Positions 25,808-36,236 of a DNA stretch of 64,000 nt are shown in pieces. Position 1 is the first letter of the stretch. Each line of letters starts with the position of its first letter. Under the pieces are notes generated by a model, which did not search any database, was not told the DNA's origin, and saw only the letters and a list, made by a program, of their open reading frames with translations. Position numbers and translations under genes: made by a program. Origin of the DNA: an uncultured Actinomycetes bacterium (GTDB taxonomy: Bacteria; Actinomycetota; CADDZG01; WHSQ01); NCBI GenBank assembly GCA_963779645.1, contig CAVZYX010000015.1, positions 620,672-684,671 on the forward strand, read 5' to 3'.

Positions 25808-26772
25808 GTGTCAGCAGGTCGATCAGCGACGGCGTGGACGGCGGCGGCACTGCGGGGTCGGCCTCACCGGTCGGCAGGGGCTCGCCGGGCGCCGGGGCCG
25901 GCGGCGGCACGTTGATCTGGTCGCCCGGCCCGAGGACGTAGACGGCGGTTCCGACGCCGACCTTCGACGGGAACCACTCGGCGGCGTTCATCGGGATGCG
26001 GACGCAGCCGTGGGAGGCCGGGTCGGCGGGCACCGACTGGGCGCCGTGGATGGCCACACCGCCGTTGAAGTACAGCGGGTTGTAGAGGCCGCCCAGCGGG
26101 CCGTACTCCCATCCCGCGGCCTGCGCGGTAGACCGAGTAGGAACCCCCGGGTGTGACCGCCTTCCGGCAATAGCCCTCCGAGCAGAACCTGGCGTTGGAT
26201 CCTGTCGAGACCGGCAGGATCTTGTAGATCTGCCCGCCCTCGTAGAGGAACAGCACCTGGCGGGCGATGTCGACCTCCACCCGGCTGGGCGGACCACCTG
26301 TCACCAGCGCCGGCGGGGGGCCTTCGGTGGCGTTCACGGCCGCGATCACGTCGTCGGTGGCCCGGCCCGACCGGTCCATGTCCTTGACCTTCTGGAACGC
26401 CATCACCCCGTAGCCGGTGATCTTGTCGAACGTGCCGTCCACGTCGCCGACGTCGTACTTGAGGGCGTCGAGCTTCTGCTCGAGGGCCATCACCGCGTCG
26501 CCCGTGTCGCCTGGACCGAAGCCGGGCGGAGGCGGCGGCGCGGGACCGGTGGTGGTCACCTCCGCCGTCGTGGTGGTGGTCACCTCCGTCGATGTGGTGG
26601 TCTCCGGCTCGCTGGTGGTCGGGTCGTGGCGAGCGACGGCCGCCGCCGGCTGGGCCTCGGTGCCGCCGACCGACGACCAACCCGCCACCGCGGCAAGGAC
26701 GAGTGCGGCGAGGGCGACGACAGCAGCGGCAGCCATCCCGAACCAGCGCTTGGTGCTTCTCTTCGTGGTCAA
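25785..26772 (-). CDS. L,D-transpeptidase with a peptidoglycan-binding domain (paralogue 2); 1 frame break near ~26150
   Basis: ORF 25864-26772 has a signal/TM segment, a Thr-rich linker and a PG-binding motif (ALEQKLDALKYDVGDVDGTFDKITGYGVMAFQK). ORF 25785-26297 has HGAQSVPADPASHGCVRIP. Confidence 0.8.
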
Positions 26773-27674
26773 TGCGGGACCTTCTCGGGGCCCTTGTTGG
26801 CGTACTGGTCGACGAACCGCTCGAGGCTGGCCACGTCGGGGCCGCCGCAGAGAAGCCGGGCGTGCCAGGCCGTGGCCGCGATCGGCTGGCCGAGGGAGGC
26901 CCGGGGCACGAGCAGGACGTCTCGGGCGTGGCGCTGGACCAGGTCCTGTATCGCGGTCAGGTCAGCCGCAGGCAGGTCGGGGCGGTACCAGAGGATGATG
27001 TAGCCGTGCTCGAGGCTGTGCACGAGCTCGCCGTCGGGAGGCGTGGTCTCGGCGGTGTAGACGCCGGCGGCCGCCGGGGTGCTCAGGTGGTCGCCACCCG
27101 CCGGAGGGTCGACGTTGTAGGTGGGGTTGGCGACGTGGTTCTGGCCGAGCCCGGCGTCGCCGTCGCTCTTCCTGTCGAACTGGCACGAGCCCGACTCGAA
27201 GCCGGCCGCCTCCTTGGCCCGGTCGCGGTTGTTCGAGACGACGAGGAAGCCGACGACGAAAAGGACCACGGCCACGCCCCCCGCAACCGCCGCCCGCGTC
27301 TGCAGTGCCCGGCGGTGACGCTCCTTCTCGGCCGCGGCCAGCCGTTCGGCCCGGGTGGGGCCGCCCCGGGGTCGAGGCGGCGTCGCCGCCGGCTTCGGGG
27401 CGGTGGGGGACGCCGGCTTCGACGTCGCGGTCGTCGTGGTCTTGGGGCCGGCCGTCGTCGTGGTCTTGGGGCCGGCCGTCGACACGGTCTTGGGCCCGGC
27501 CGTCGACACGGTCTTGGGGCCGGCCGTCGACGCGGTCTTCGGCCCGGCCTTGGATCCCGCGCCGGTTGCCGGCCCGGTCGTCCTACCGGACGTGGCCGGT
27601 CGGGCCGCGGCGGGGCGGTTGGTGGGGCGGTTGGTGGGGCGGTGCGAACCCCCGGTGGTCTTCTTCTTCGCCAT
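26769..27674 (-). CDS. DUF3105 domain membrane-anchored protein (paralogue A)
   Basis: Intact 301-aa ORF. One TM segment (VAVVLFVVGFLVV), GQNHVANPTYNVDPPAGGDH, HSLEHGYIILWY, TAWHARLLCG. The N-terminus carries (AGPKTxST)x5 repeats. Confidence 0.8.
   Translation of the reverse strand: MAKKKTTGGSHRPTNRPTNRPAAARPATSGRTTGPATGAGSKAGPKTASTAGPKTVSTAGPKTVSTAGPKTTTTAGPKTTTTATSKPASPTAPKPAATPPRPRGGPTRAERLAAAEKERHRRALQTRAAVAGGVAVVLFVVGFLVVSNNRDRAKEAAGFESGSCQFDRKSDGDAGLGQNHVANPTYNVDPPAGGDHLSTPAAAGVYTAETTPPDGELVHSLEHGYIILWYRPDLPAADLTAIQDLVQRHARDVLLVPRASLGQPIAATAWHARLLCGGPDVASLERFVDQYANKGPEKVPH
27430..27549. repeat. 24-bp tandem repeat x5, in frame, in the N-terminus of DUF3105 paralogue A
   Basis: Units gtcgtcgtggtcttggggccggcc / gtcgacacggtcttgggcccggcc. 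The protein reads STAGPKTVSTAGPKTVSTAGPKTTTTAGPKTTTT. Confidence 0.85.
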
Positions 27675-27729
27675 CAGCAGGCCGAACAGTAGCGTCCTGA
27701 GCTGCGCGTACGTCGCTCAGGGAGTCGCG

Positions 27730-29145
27730 TCAGTGAGCGACCTTCTCCGGGCCCTTGTTCACGTGGGTAGTGACGAAGCGCTCCAGCTTGGGCAGGTCGA
27801 CCGAACCGCACAGGAGCCGGGCGTGCCAGGCGGTGGCGGCCACCGGCCGGTCCAGCGACGCCCGGGGCACGGTGAGGACGTCCTGGCTGTGGCGGAAGGC
27901 GAGATCCTGGAGGGCGGCCAGGCCCTCCAGATCGAGGTCCGGCTTGTACCAGAGCACGACGTATCCCTGCTCCAGCGCCTGGACGATCTCGCCGTCGGCG
28001 GGGAGGTAGTCCACGCTGTAGGCCCCCGGTCTGGCGGACTGGGCGAGGTGGTTGCCGCCGGCGGGGGGGTCGACCTTGTAGGTGGGGTTGGCCACGTGGT
28101 TCTGGCCCGGGCCGTCGTCCTTGTCGCTCTTGGCGTCGGCGCTGCACCCGCTGGCGCCACCACCACCGAGCCCGAAGCCGTTGCCGCGGAGGACCCCGAG
28201 GCCGGCGACGACGAGGACCAGCCCGACCACCGCGGCGACCATCCGCCGGCGCGAGATCTGGGTGCTGGTGGGACGCCGCGTCCGGGAGGACCGGCGCTCC
28301 GGCGCCTCCGAAGGCGCGGGGGGCGGCCCCAGGGCGACCGCGACAGCGGTCCTCCCGGAGTCCTCCGCCGACTCCTCCAAGGCGGCAGCCGGCGCGGGGA
28401 CCCTGGCCGGGCGCCGGCCCCGCCTCGACGGCGCACGATGTTGGGTAGTGGGGCCGCCGTCGCCGCCGCCGCCCGGGGGTGAGTCGACGAACGGCGCTGG
28501 CGCTGCAGGTGGCGCTGGCGCTGCAGGTGGCGGAGGGGGAGGTGGTGGCGGAGGAGGCGGTGGCGGAGGAGGTGGAGGTGGAGGTGGAGGTGGAGGTGGA
28601 GGGGGCGGTGGTGGGGGTGGAGGTGGCGGAGGCGGGGGGGGCGGAGGCGGCGGGGGGGGCGGGGCGGCCTGAGAAACCGGAGGGGCCTGGGACCCCGGAG
28701 CGGCCTGGGGCCCCGGAGGAGCCTGGGCCGGTGCCGGCGTGGACGTCGGTGAAGGACGGCTCGGGGTCGCCTCGGGCGGACGCCGCCAGGCGCGGTCGGA
28801 GCCCGCGACGTCTACGGCCGGGTTCTCGGGAGATGGATTCTCGGCAGGCGTGCGGTCGGCAGGCGTGCGGTCGGCAGGCGTGCGGTCGGCAGGCGTGCGG
28901 TCGGCAGGCGTGCGGTCGGCAGACGTGCGGTCGGATGCTGTGCGGTCGGATGCTGTGCGGGCGGATGCTGTGCGGGCGGATGCTGTGCGGTCGGATCGTG
29001 ATCGATTGGACGGCGATCGGTCCGATGGTGATCGGTCGGCGGTTGGCCGATCGGCGAGCAGGGCGTTCGGGTCGGCGAGCTCGGGAAACGCGTCCGCCAC
29101 CTCGGCCGACTCAGCGCCGGCGGTGGCCTGCCGCGTGGTCGGCAA
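27730..29145 (-). CDS. DUF3105 domain membrane-anchored protein (paralogue B) with a very long proline run and pentapeptide repeats
   Basis: Intact 471-aa ORF. The C-terminal ~190 aa is collinear with paralogue A (GQNHVANPTYKVDPPAGGNH, QALEQGYVVLWY, TAWHARLLCG, VNKGPEKVAH). The N-terminal half is low complexity. The ORF may extend further upstream through frame breaks. Confidence 0.8.
   Translation of the reverse strand: MPTTRQATAGAESAEVADAFPELADPNALLADRPTADRSPSDRSPSNRSRSDRTASARTASARTASDRTASDRTSADRTPADRTPADRTPADRTPADRTPAENPSPENPAVDVAGSDRAWRRPPEATPSRPSPTSTPAPAQAPPGPQAAPGSQAPPVSQAAPPPPPPPPPPPPPPPPPPPPPPPPPPPPPPPPPPPPPPPPPPPPPPAAPAPPAAPAPFVDSPPGGGGDGGPTTQHRAPSRRGRRPARVPAPAAALEESAEDSGRTAVAVALGPPPAPSEAPERRSSRTRRPTSTQISRRRMVAAVVGLVLVVAGLGVLRGNGFGLGGGGASGCSADAKSDKDDGPGQNHVANPTYKVDPPAGGNHLAQSARPGAYSVDYLPADGEIVQALEQGYVVLWYKPDLDLEGLAALQDLAFRHSQDVLTVPRASLDRPVAATAWHARLLCGSVDLPKLERFVTTHVNKGPEKVAH
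28525..28662 (-). repeat. uninterrupted run of 46 proline codons (CCN)46
   Basis: Counted codon by codon in the frame of ORF 27730-29145: plus-strand NGG triplets from 28525 to 28662, flanked by Ala codons on both sides. Confidence 0.9.
28843..29040. repeat. 15-bp tandem repeats (two unit variants, ~11 copies plus degenerate copies), in frame, encoding (DRTxA)n
   Basis: ggcaggcgtgcggtc x~6, then ggatgctgtgcggtc/gcg x~5. The protein reads ARTASARTASDRTASDRTSADRTPADRTPADRTPADRTPADRTPA. Confidence 0.85.
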
Positions 29146-29226
29146 CCGCCACCAGCGGATCGACGAGCTCGCCGCTGGAGCCAGCAGCCGGCACGGCGGG
29201 GGAAGACGGCGCCGACGGTCGACGGG

Positions 29227-30210
29227 TCAGCCACCGCGGCGGAGCGGGGGGGGAGGCCTGGCCTCCGGACGGGCTCGGTGGAGGCGGTGAGGGTGTGCCC
29301 GGACTGGATGGCGCCGAGCCAGGCGTGACCGTTGGACGGGGCACCACGGGGGATACCGAGGCGGAGCCCGACACGACGTCCGCAGGCCCGAGCGGCACCG
29401 CCGGCCCGAGCGGCACCGTCGGACCGAGGGTCGCGGGCGCTGACCGGGACTGCCGGGTGGATGGCGGAGGAGGAGGAGGAGGAGGAGGCGGCGGCGATGC
29501 CACCTGCGGCGGCGGTACCACCTGCGGCGGCGCATCGTCAGCGGGTGGCTGCATCTCCACCTTCGCTGCCCTCTGCCCGACCGGCGGCTTCGGCGCGGCG
29601 GCCGTCGGCGGCCTCGGCGACCGGCGGCTGGGCGGCCGGCGGCGGCTCCAGGGCGGCCGGTGGCCGGGGAGGTGGCGGCCGGAGGGTCGGCAGGAGCCGG
29701 CTCCGCGGCGGCGGCGGCGTCGTCGAGTCCGAGGGAGAGGCGGAGGGCGGCGCCACCATCGTCACCGCTGGAGATCGGGGGGCGGGACGGGCCGGTCGGG
29801 AGACGGGCAGGCGGCCGGAGAGGTGGCGGTGGGGGCGAGGGCGGCGCCTTGGAATCGGCGGCCAAGAGGGCGGCGCGCTCGGCCAGGCTGGCCCGGGCGG
29901 GTGCCGGTCGGGGTCGGCCGGCAGGTAGCGCCCCGCCGGCCGCCAGCTCGGCGGCGCGCTCCGTCAGCGAGACCCGTCCCGCACGTCGCGTACCCGTGTC
30001 GCCCGCTTCGCCGCTCGCCTCGGCGTCGCCCTCTTTGCCCTCCGGCTCGGTGTGGCCCGGTTCGCCGTTCGCCTCGGCCCGGCCGGCCCCCTCGGCCCGG
30101 CCGGCACGCTCGAGTTCGGCGGCGCGCTGCGACCACGACGCCCGACCGACCCGGGTCGGGGCCGCGCCCTCCACGTCGGCCGACGTGTCGTCTTCGGGGG
30201 GACCGCTCAC
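29227..30210 (-). CDS. Pro/Ala/Gly/Glu-rich low-complexity ORF; possibly the N-terminal continuation of the downstream DUF3105 gene with broken frames
   Basis: ORF 29227-30210 starts plausibly (MSGPPEDDTSADVEGAAP..RAAELERAGRAEG), then degenerates into an Arg-rich sequence. ORF 29111-29560 continues with Pro-rich sequence and overlaps the start of ORF 27730-29145. Coding status is uncertain. Confidence 0.3.
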   Translation of the reverse strand: MSGPPEDDTSADVEGAAPTRVGRASWSQRAAELERAGRAEGAGRAEANGEPGHTEPEGKEGDAEASGEAGDTGTRRAGRVSLTERAAELAAGGALPAGRPRPAPARASLAERAALLAADSKAPPSPPPPPLRPPARLPTGPSRPPISSGDDGGAALRLSLGLDDAAAAAEPAPADPPAATSPATGRPGAAAGRPAAGRRGRRRPPRRSRRSGRGQRRWRCSHPLTMRRRRWYRRRRWHRRRLLLLLLLRHPPGSPGQRPRPSVRRCRSGRRCRSGLRTSCRAPPRYPPWCPVQRSRLARRHPVRAHPHRLHRARPEARPPPPLRRGG

Positions 30211-30294
30211 GGGTGAACGGTCCCCACCGCCACGGGTGCTGATGCCGGCATGTCCGGGCGAGGCTACCGCCGGGCTTGCCTAGCATGCGGACTC

Positions 30295-30755
30295 ATGCTG
30301 GCTCCCGAGGCTCACGCTCCGACGTTCCTCCTCGCCGACATCGACTCCGGCGAGACGCGTCTCCAACCCCTGGGAGGGCGAGGGGCCGACCGTGCTGGCC
30401 TTTTTCAAGTCCACCTGTCCCGTGTGCCAGATGGTTGCCCCCAAGGTCGACGCCCTTGCTCGCTCGGGCGCGCGGGTCGTGGCCATCGGCGAGGACCCGG
30501 CGCCGACGCTGGCCACCTACCGGCACGCGCCATGGCCAGGACGTCCCCACCCTCACCGAGCCGGCGCCCTACCGGGTCTCGGACGCCTACGGATTGGTGT
30601 CCGTGCCGACGATCTTCCTCGTCGACGGCGACGGCGTCGTGCGGGACGCGGTGGTCGGCTGGGACCGCGACGGCTGGAACCGCCTGGCCGTGGCTGCCGG
30701 TGGGGCGCCGGTGTCGGCTCCCGGCGACGGGCTTCCGCCGGCTCGCCCCGGCTGA
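30295..30755 (+). CDS. thioredoxin-fold thiol-disulfide oxidoreductase (TlpA/ResA-like); 2 frame breaks
   Basis: MLAPEAHAPTFLLADIDSGETRL (ORF 30250-31017), then VLAFFKSTCPVCQMVAPKVDAL (ORF 30392-31309, CxxC), then YGLVSVPTIFLVDGDGVVRDAVVGW (ORF 30276-30755). Confidence 0.7.
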
Positions 30756-30833
30756 GGCAGTCGCAACCGCCACTGACCCGGTCGGGCCAGACAGGACAGG
30801 CTCCCAGGACAGCTCAGGCCGGGCACGCCAGCC

Positions 30834-32153
30834 TCAGGCCTCAGGCCGCCGCCGCTTCGCCGCCCTTCGGGTCGTCGAGCGCAGCCACCAGGTCGGGCCG
30901 GGCGAGGCGCGCGGCGACCACGACGACGACGAACGCCACCGCGCAACGGCGGTCACCGTCCGCAGGCCCGAAGGCGGTCGCCCAGCGCCCCCTGGAGCAC
31001 CGCGCCCGAGCGGGTAGACCATGCCCAGGGCGACCATGTACAGGCTCAGGATGCGGCCCGCAGGACGCTCCGGCGCCCGGAGCTGCACCACGGTGCCCAG
31101 GCCCGAGAGCACCCCGACGTAGTCGGCGCCGACTGCGACCAGCGCGACGGCGGCCACGGCAGGGACGGGGCGCCGGCGTACAGCAGGAGCAGGAACGGGA
31201 GCACGAGCAGGTCGACCATCAGCACCCGCCGGCGCCCGAACGCCGGGCCAGGCCAGTGACGCCAGGCTCAGGGCGCCGGCCACCGCGCCCACGCCCTGGG
31301 CCCCGATGAGCAGCGACGTCGCCCCCTCGCCGCCGGCGAACAGCTTGACGGCCACGGCGGGGATGAGGGCGATGAACGGTGACAGCAGCAACGCGGTGAC
31401 GGCGATGGTGACGATGGCCGTCCGGCAGCCCGGCTCGGCCTTGGCGCCCCGGGCGCCAGCCACGATCCGGGCCCAGAGCCCGCCGGCTCCGTCCCGGTCG
31501 GCGGACCGACCGGCAGGCGCACGAGTAGCAGGGCCACCATCACTGCCCCGTAGGAGACGGCGTTGAGGGCGAAGGCCCAGGTGTACGAGCCGAGCACGAG
31601 CACCGCGCCGGCCAGCGCCGGGCCCACGATCCGGCCCAGGTTGTACTGGGCCATGGACAGCGAGCTGGCCCCAGCAGGTCCTCCCGGTCGACGAGGTCGG
31701 GCAGGATGGCCTGGTAGGCAGGGAAGCCGAGGGCGGTCATGCAGCCGCCGGCGAAGACCAGAGCGGTCACGCCGAGCGGCGTGGCGTGGCCGGTGCCGAC
31801 CAGGACGGCGAGCAGGGCGGCGAACACCGTCTCTCCGACCGTCGTCCACAGCAGCAGGCGCCGCCGGTCGACCCGGTCGGCGATGGCTCCGCCAACCGGC
31901 GACAGCACGCCGATGGGCACGAAGGCGGCCGCCGCCACCAGGCCCGTCCACCGGGCCTGGCCGGTCAGCTCGGTGACGAGCACGCCGACGGCGATGGTCT
32001 GCACCCACGAGCCGATGTTGGAGACGAGGGCCGCGCTCCAGACCAGGGCGAAGTCCCGCCGGCGCAGCGGGCGCAGCGAACCGAACTGGTGACGCCAGCC
32101 CCCGCCGCGGCGAGCAACGGACCGTCGGGGACCAGTTGTTCCTCCGGGATCAC
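30834..32153 (-). CDS. MFS transporter; multiple frame breaks
   Basis: GTG start overlaps the upstream stop (gtgatc at 32148-32153). Motifs: FALVWSAALVSNIGSWVQTIAVGVLV, SPVGGAIADRVDRRRLL (MFS loop 2-3 motif), MAQYNLGRIVGPALAG. Fragments are spread over ORFs 31540-33024, 31268-32008 and 30834-31463. Confidence 0.75.
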
Positions 32154-33024
32154 TCACTCGTCCGGCGCCTGGTACCGGGCCTCCAGCCGGTAGTGGCCGT
32201 CGAGGTCGACGACGCGGTTGAAGTCGTCGAAGGTGGTGAGCAGGTCGAGGTGGTTGCGCAGCGTGCCCTGGTCGGCCAGCACCGGTAGGCGGTCGGCCAC
32301 GGACCGGGCCATGGCGTACAGGCCGGTCAGCGGCGACACGATCAGGTCGAAGCCCAGGTCGTGCAACTCGGCCGGCGTCAGCAGCGGCGTCTTGCCCGGC
32401 CTCGATCATGTTGGCCACGAGCACACGCCGGGCAGGGCCGCGGCGATGGCCTCCATCTCCTCGATCGACTCGGGCGCCTCGACGAAGACGGCGTCGACGC
32501 CCAGCTCGGCGGCCATGCGGGCCCGCCGGATGGCCTCGTCGAGGCCGACGGCCGAGCGGGCGTCGGTGCGGGCCACGACGAACAGCTTCCCGCGGTGGTC
32601 GAGGGCGGCCTGCAGCTTGCCCAGCCAGTCCTGGCGGGGCACGACCCGCTTGCCGGCCATGTGGCCGCACTTCTTGGGCCACACCTGGTCCTCGAGGAAG
32701 ATGCCGGCCGCGCCGGCCGCCTCGAACAGCTCGACGGTGCGGATGGTGTTGAGGGCGTTGCCGCCGCCGGTGTCGCCGTCGACGACGACCGCGCAGCCGC
32801 GCACCGTCCGGCACACCCGCCGGGCCACGTCGGCCATCTCGGCCTGGGTCAGGTAGCCGAAGTCGGGCAGGCCGAGCAGGCTGGCCGAGGTGGCGTAGCC
32901 GGAGAGGAACAGGACCTCGAAGCCGGCGTCGCTGGCCAGCCGGGCCGACAGGGCGTCCCACACGCCCGGCATGAGCACGGTCTGCCCTGACGGCGAGCAG
33001 GGAGCGGAGGTGGTCGCCGTTCAT
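32154..33024 (-). CDS. isocitrate lyase / PEP mutase family enzyme (methylisocitrate lyase or carboxyvinyl-carboxyphosphonate phosphorylmutase-like); 2 frame breaks
   Basis: ORF 32406-32978 has VDGDTGGGN, FLEDQVWPKKCGH (the K-[KR]-C-G-H family signature) and VARTDA. The C-terminus lies in ORF 32154-32366 and the N-terminus in ORF 31540-33024. Confidence 0.8.
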
Positions 33025-33062
33025 GGCGCCCCGGCTCCGGCCGAACGCCGAGGGGCAGTGGG

Positions 33063-33517
33063 CTCAGGGGGCGATCCCGCAGACCTCCCGGGCGTACCGG
33101 TTCACCTTGTCGGCGACGTCTGGAACGCCGGCTCCTGCAGCTTGGCGACCTCGGCGTCTTGGTCCGGATCGAAGTTGTTCTTCGGCGGCAGCACTTGAAG
33201 GCCGTTGGCCACTACTGGACATCGGACTTGATCTCGGCCGGCGCCTTGTCGACTGGCCTGGCGGATGGCCGCCTCGGCGTCGGTGGCGGCCCGTCTTCAG
33301 CTTGGCCGGGTTGGTGACGTTGGCGCCGACGCACGGATCTCGCTGTAGGTGCCGGGCCAGCCCGCAGAAGTCCTCGCTGCCCTGGCCGGTCGATGCCCGA
33401 CGCGGTCGACGGACCGTGGTGGTGGCGGCGTTGCGCCGGAGAGTCGTCGTCGCCCCCGCAGCCGGAGAGGGCGCCGAGGGCGGCCAAGACGAGGACGACA
33501 GTGATCGAGCGGCGCAT
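33063..33517 (-). CDS. small lipoprotein; frames broken
   Basis: MRRSITVVLVLAALGALSGCGG is a signal peptide with lipobox. The rest must be pieced together from three frames, so length and sequence are uncertain. Confidence 0.4.
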
Positions 33518-33543
33518 CAGTGCTCCCAAATGGTTAGGGCTGG

Positions 33544-34021
33544 ACGGCGGCGGCCTCGTCGAAGGCCTGGCGCCAGGGTGTTCCAGGACAGCGTGGCGCA
33601 CTTGATCCGCACCGGGAACTTGACCACGCCCCGCAGGGCCTCGAGCTCGCCCACTCCACCGCCGGGTCGGGCGCCACCGCCTCCACGCCCTCTGCCGTCG
33701 CCGTCGAGGCGGTGCTCGTGGATCGACATCATGGCCTTGAAGGCCCGGATGAGGTCTCGGGCCTCGGCTACGGTGCGGCCCTTGACCGCGGCCGTCATCA
33801 TCGACGCCGACGACTGGCTGATCGAGCAGCCCTGGCCGTCGATCTTGATGTCGGCGACCTGCGCCGTCGTCGTCGACGTCGACGTACAGGACGACCTCGT
33901 CGCCGCACAGCGGGTTGAAGCCCTCGACCCGCTGTGCGGGCGGCGCTGGGCAGCTCGCCACGGTTCCGCGGGTTGCGGTAGTGGTCGAGGATGATCTCCC
34001 GGTAGAGGTCTTCGAGGGCAT
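33544..34021 (-). CDS. sufU: Fe-S cluster assembly sulfur-transfer scaffold SufU (NifU-like); ~3 frame breaks
   Basis: LEDLYREIILDHYRNPRN, FNPLCGDEVVLYV, IDGQGCSISQSSASMM, FPVRIKCATLSWNTL (three conserved Cys), pieced from ORFs 33798-34265, 33212-34021 and 33517-34056. Confidence 0.8.
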
Positions 34022-34039
34022 GGCGGTGGGCGATCGGTC

Positions 34040-35280
34040 CTAGCGGCGAGGAACAAGTCGGCGGTGGCGAGCGAGGGCGTCGGACAGGGCGTCGACGTCG
34101 GCCTCGTCGTTGTAGACGTAGAACGACGCCCGGGCGGTGGCGTGCACGCCGAGGCGGCGCATCAGCGGCTTGGCGCAGTGGTGGCCGGCCCGGATGCAGA
34201 CGCCCTCTGTCGAGGACCTGGGACAGGTCGTGGGGGTGGATGTCGCGGTAGGTGAACGACAGCACGCCGCCCCGGTCCTCGGCGTCGGGCGGGCCGAAGA
34301 CGCGTGAGGTCGTCGCCGTGGCGCTCGGTCAGCGTGCGCAGGGCGTAGGCGGTGAGCGCGATCTCGTGCTCGCGCACGGCGTCCATGCCCAGGTCCTCGA
34401 GGTAGTCGACGGCCGCGCCCAGGCCGACGGCCTCGGCGATGGGCGGGGTGCCGGCCTCGAACTTCCACGGGATCTCGTTGGGCGTCCAGCCGTCGAGGCG
34501 CACGTCGCGGATCATCTCGCCGCCGCCCAGGAAGGCGGGCATGGCCTCGAGCAGCTCCTCCCGGCCCCACAGCACGCCGATGCCGGTGGGGCCGCACATC
34601 TTGTGGCCGGTAGAAGGCCAGGAAGTCGCAGCCCAGGGCGGCCACGTCGGTGGGCAGGTGGGGCACGGACTGGGCGCCGTCGACGAGCACCACGGCGCCG
34701 GCGGCGTGGGCGGCGTCGGCGATCTGGCGCACCGGGTTGAGGGTGCCGAGCACGTTCGACATGGCGGTGAGCGCGACGAGGCCGACGCCGTCGAGCAGCC
34801 GGTCGAGGTCGTCGAGGACCAGGCGGCCGTCGTCGCGTCGACGGCGAGGAAGCGCAGCTCGACGCCCCGCTCCTCGCGCAGCATCAGCCAGGGCACGAGG
34901 TTGGCGTGGTGCTCCATCTCGGTGAGCAGGACGGCCTCGCCGGCGCGCAGGTAGGCGCGGCCGTAGGAGTGGGCGACGAGGTTGATGGCCTCGGTGGCGT
35001 TCTTGGTGAAGACCACGCCTCGGGGCGACGGGGCGCCGATGAAGCGGGCCACCTTGGCCCGGGCCGCCTCGTAGGCCGCGGTGGCCTCCTCGGCGATGGT
35101 GTAGACGCCCCGGTGCACGTTGGCGTGGGTCGTCTCGTAGTAGTGGTCCATGGCGTCGAGCACGGCCGCGGGGCTTCTGGGAGCTGGCGGCCGAGTCGAG
35201 GTAGACCAGGCGGTGGCCGGCGAGGCCCGGTCGAGGATCGGGAAGTCCTTCTTGACGTCGGCGACGTCGAGCGTCGTCAG
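34040..35280 (-). CDS. sufS: cysteine desulfurase SufS; ~5 frame breaks
   Basis: [35 protein letters not shown] (ORF 34162-35667). [16 protein letters not shown] (PLP lysine). [10 protein letters not shown] (catalytic Cys; ORF 34040-34762). The boundary with sufC is unclear because the frame reads through. Confidence 0.85.
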
Positions 35281-35290
35281 CGCTCGGGAC

Positions 35291-36043
<753 letters not shown>

Positions 36044-36236
36044 GGCGCCGAGTCTTATTACGCACTACGCCCGTAGTGGAAATGTCCGGAGCCGCCTAGG
36101 CGGGCCGTCGCCGGCCGAGCTACGACCTGGTCAACGGATCGGGCCGTAAGCCCCGTCGTGCACCAGCGTTCGTGCCCGGAGCCGCGCTGCGTCCTGTCGA
36201 CGCGCCGTGGACGCCCGCCTGCGGCGTTCGTCCGGC

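Noticed and set aside
28082-28672. Plus-strand ORF ending in a ~50-residue poly-glycine run.
   Set aside because: It is the antisense reading of the (CCN)46 proline tract. The minus-strand frame continues into a conserved DUF3105 domain, so that frame is the coding one.
28843-29040. Tandem arrays (15-, 19-, 24- and 30-bp units at 15301, 27430, 28843, 46413, 52171 and 57071) considered as possible CRISPR arrays.
   Set aside because: The units are directly adjacent with no unique spacers. Most are in frame within genes. No cas genes are present.
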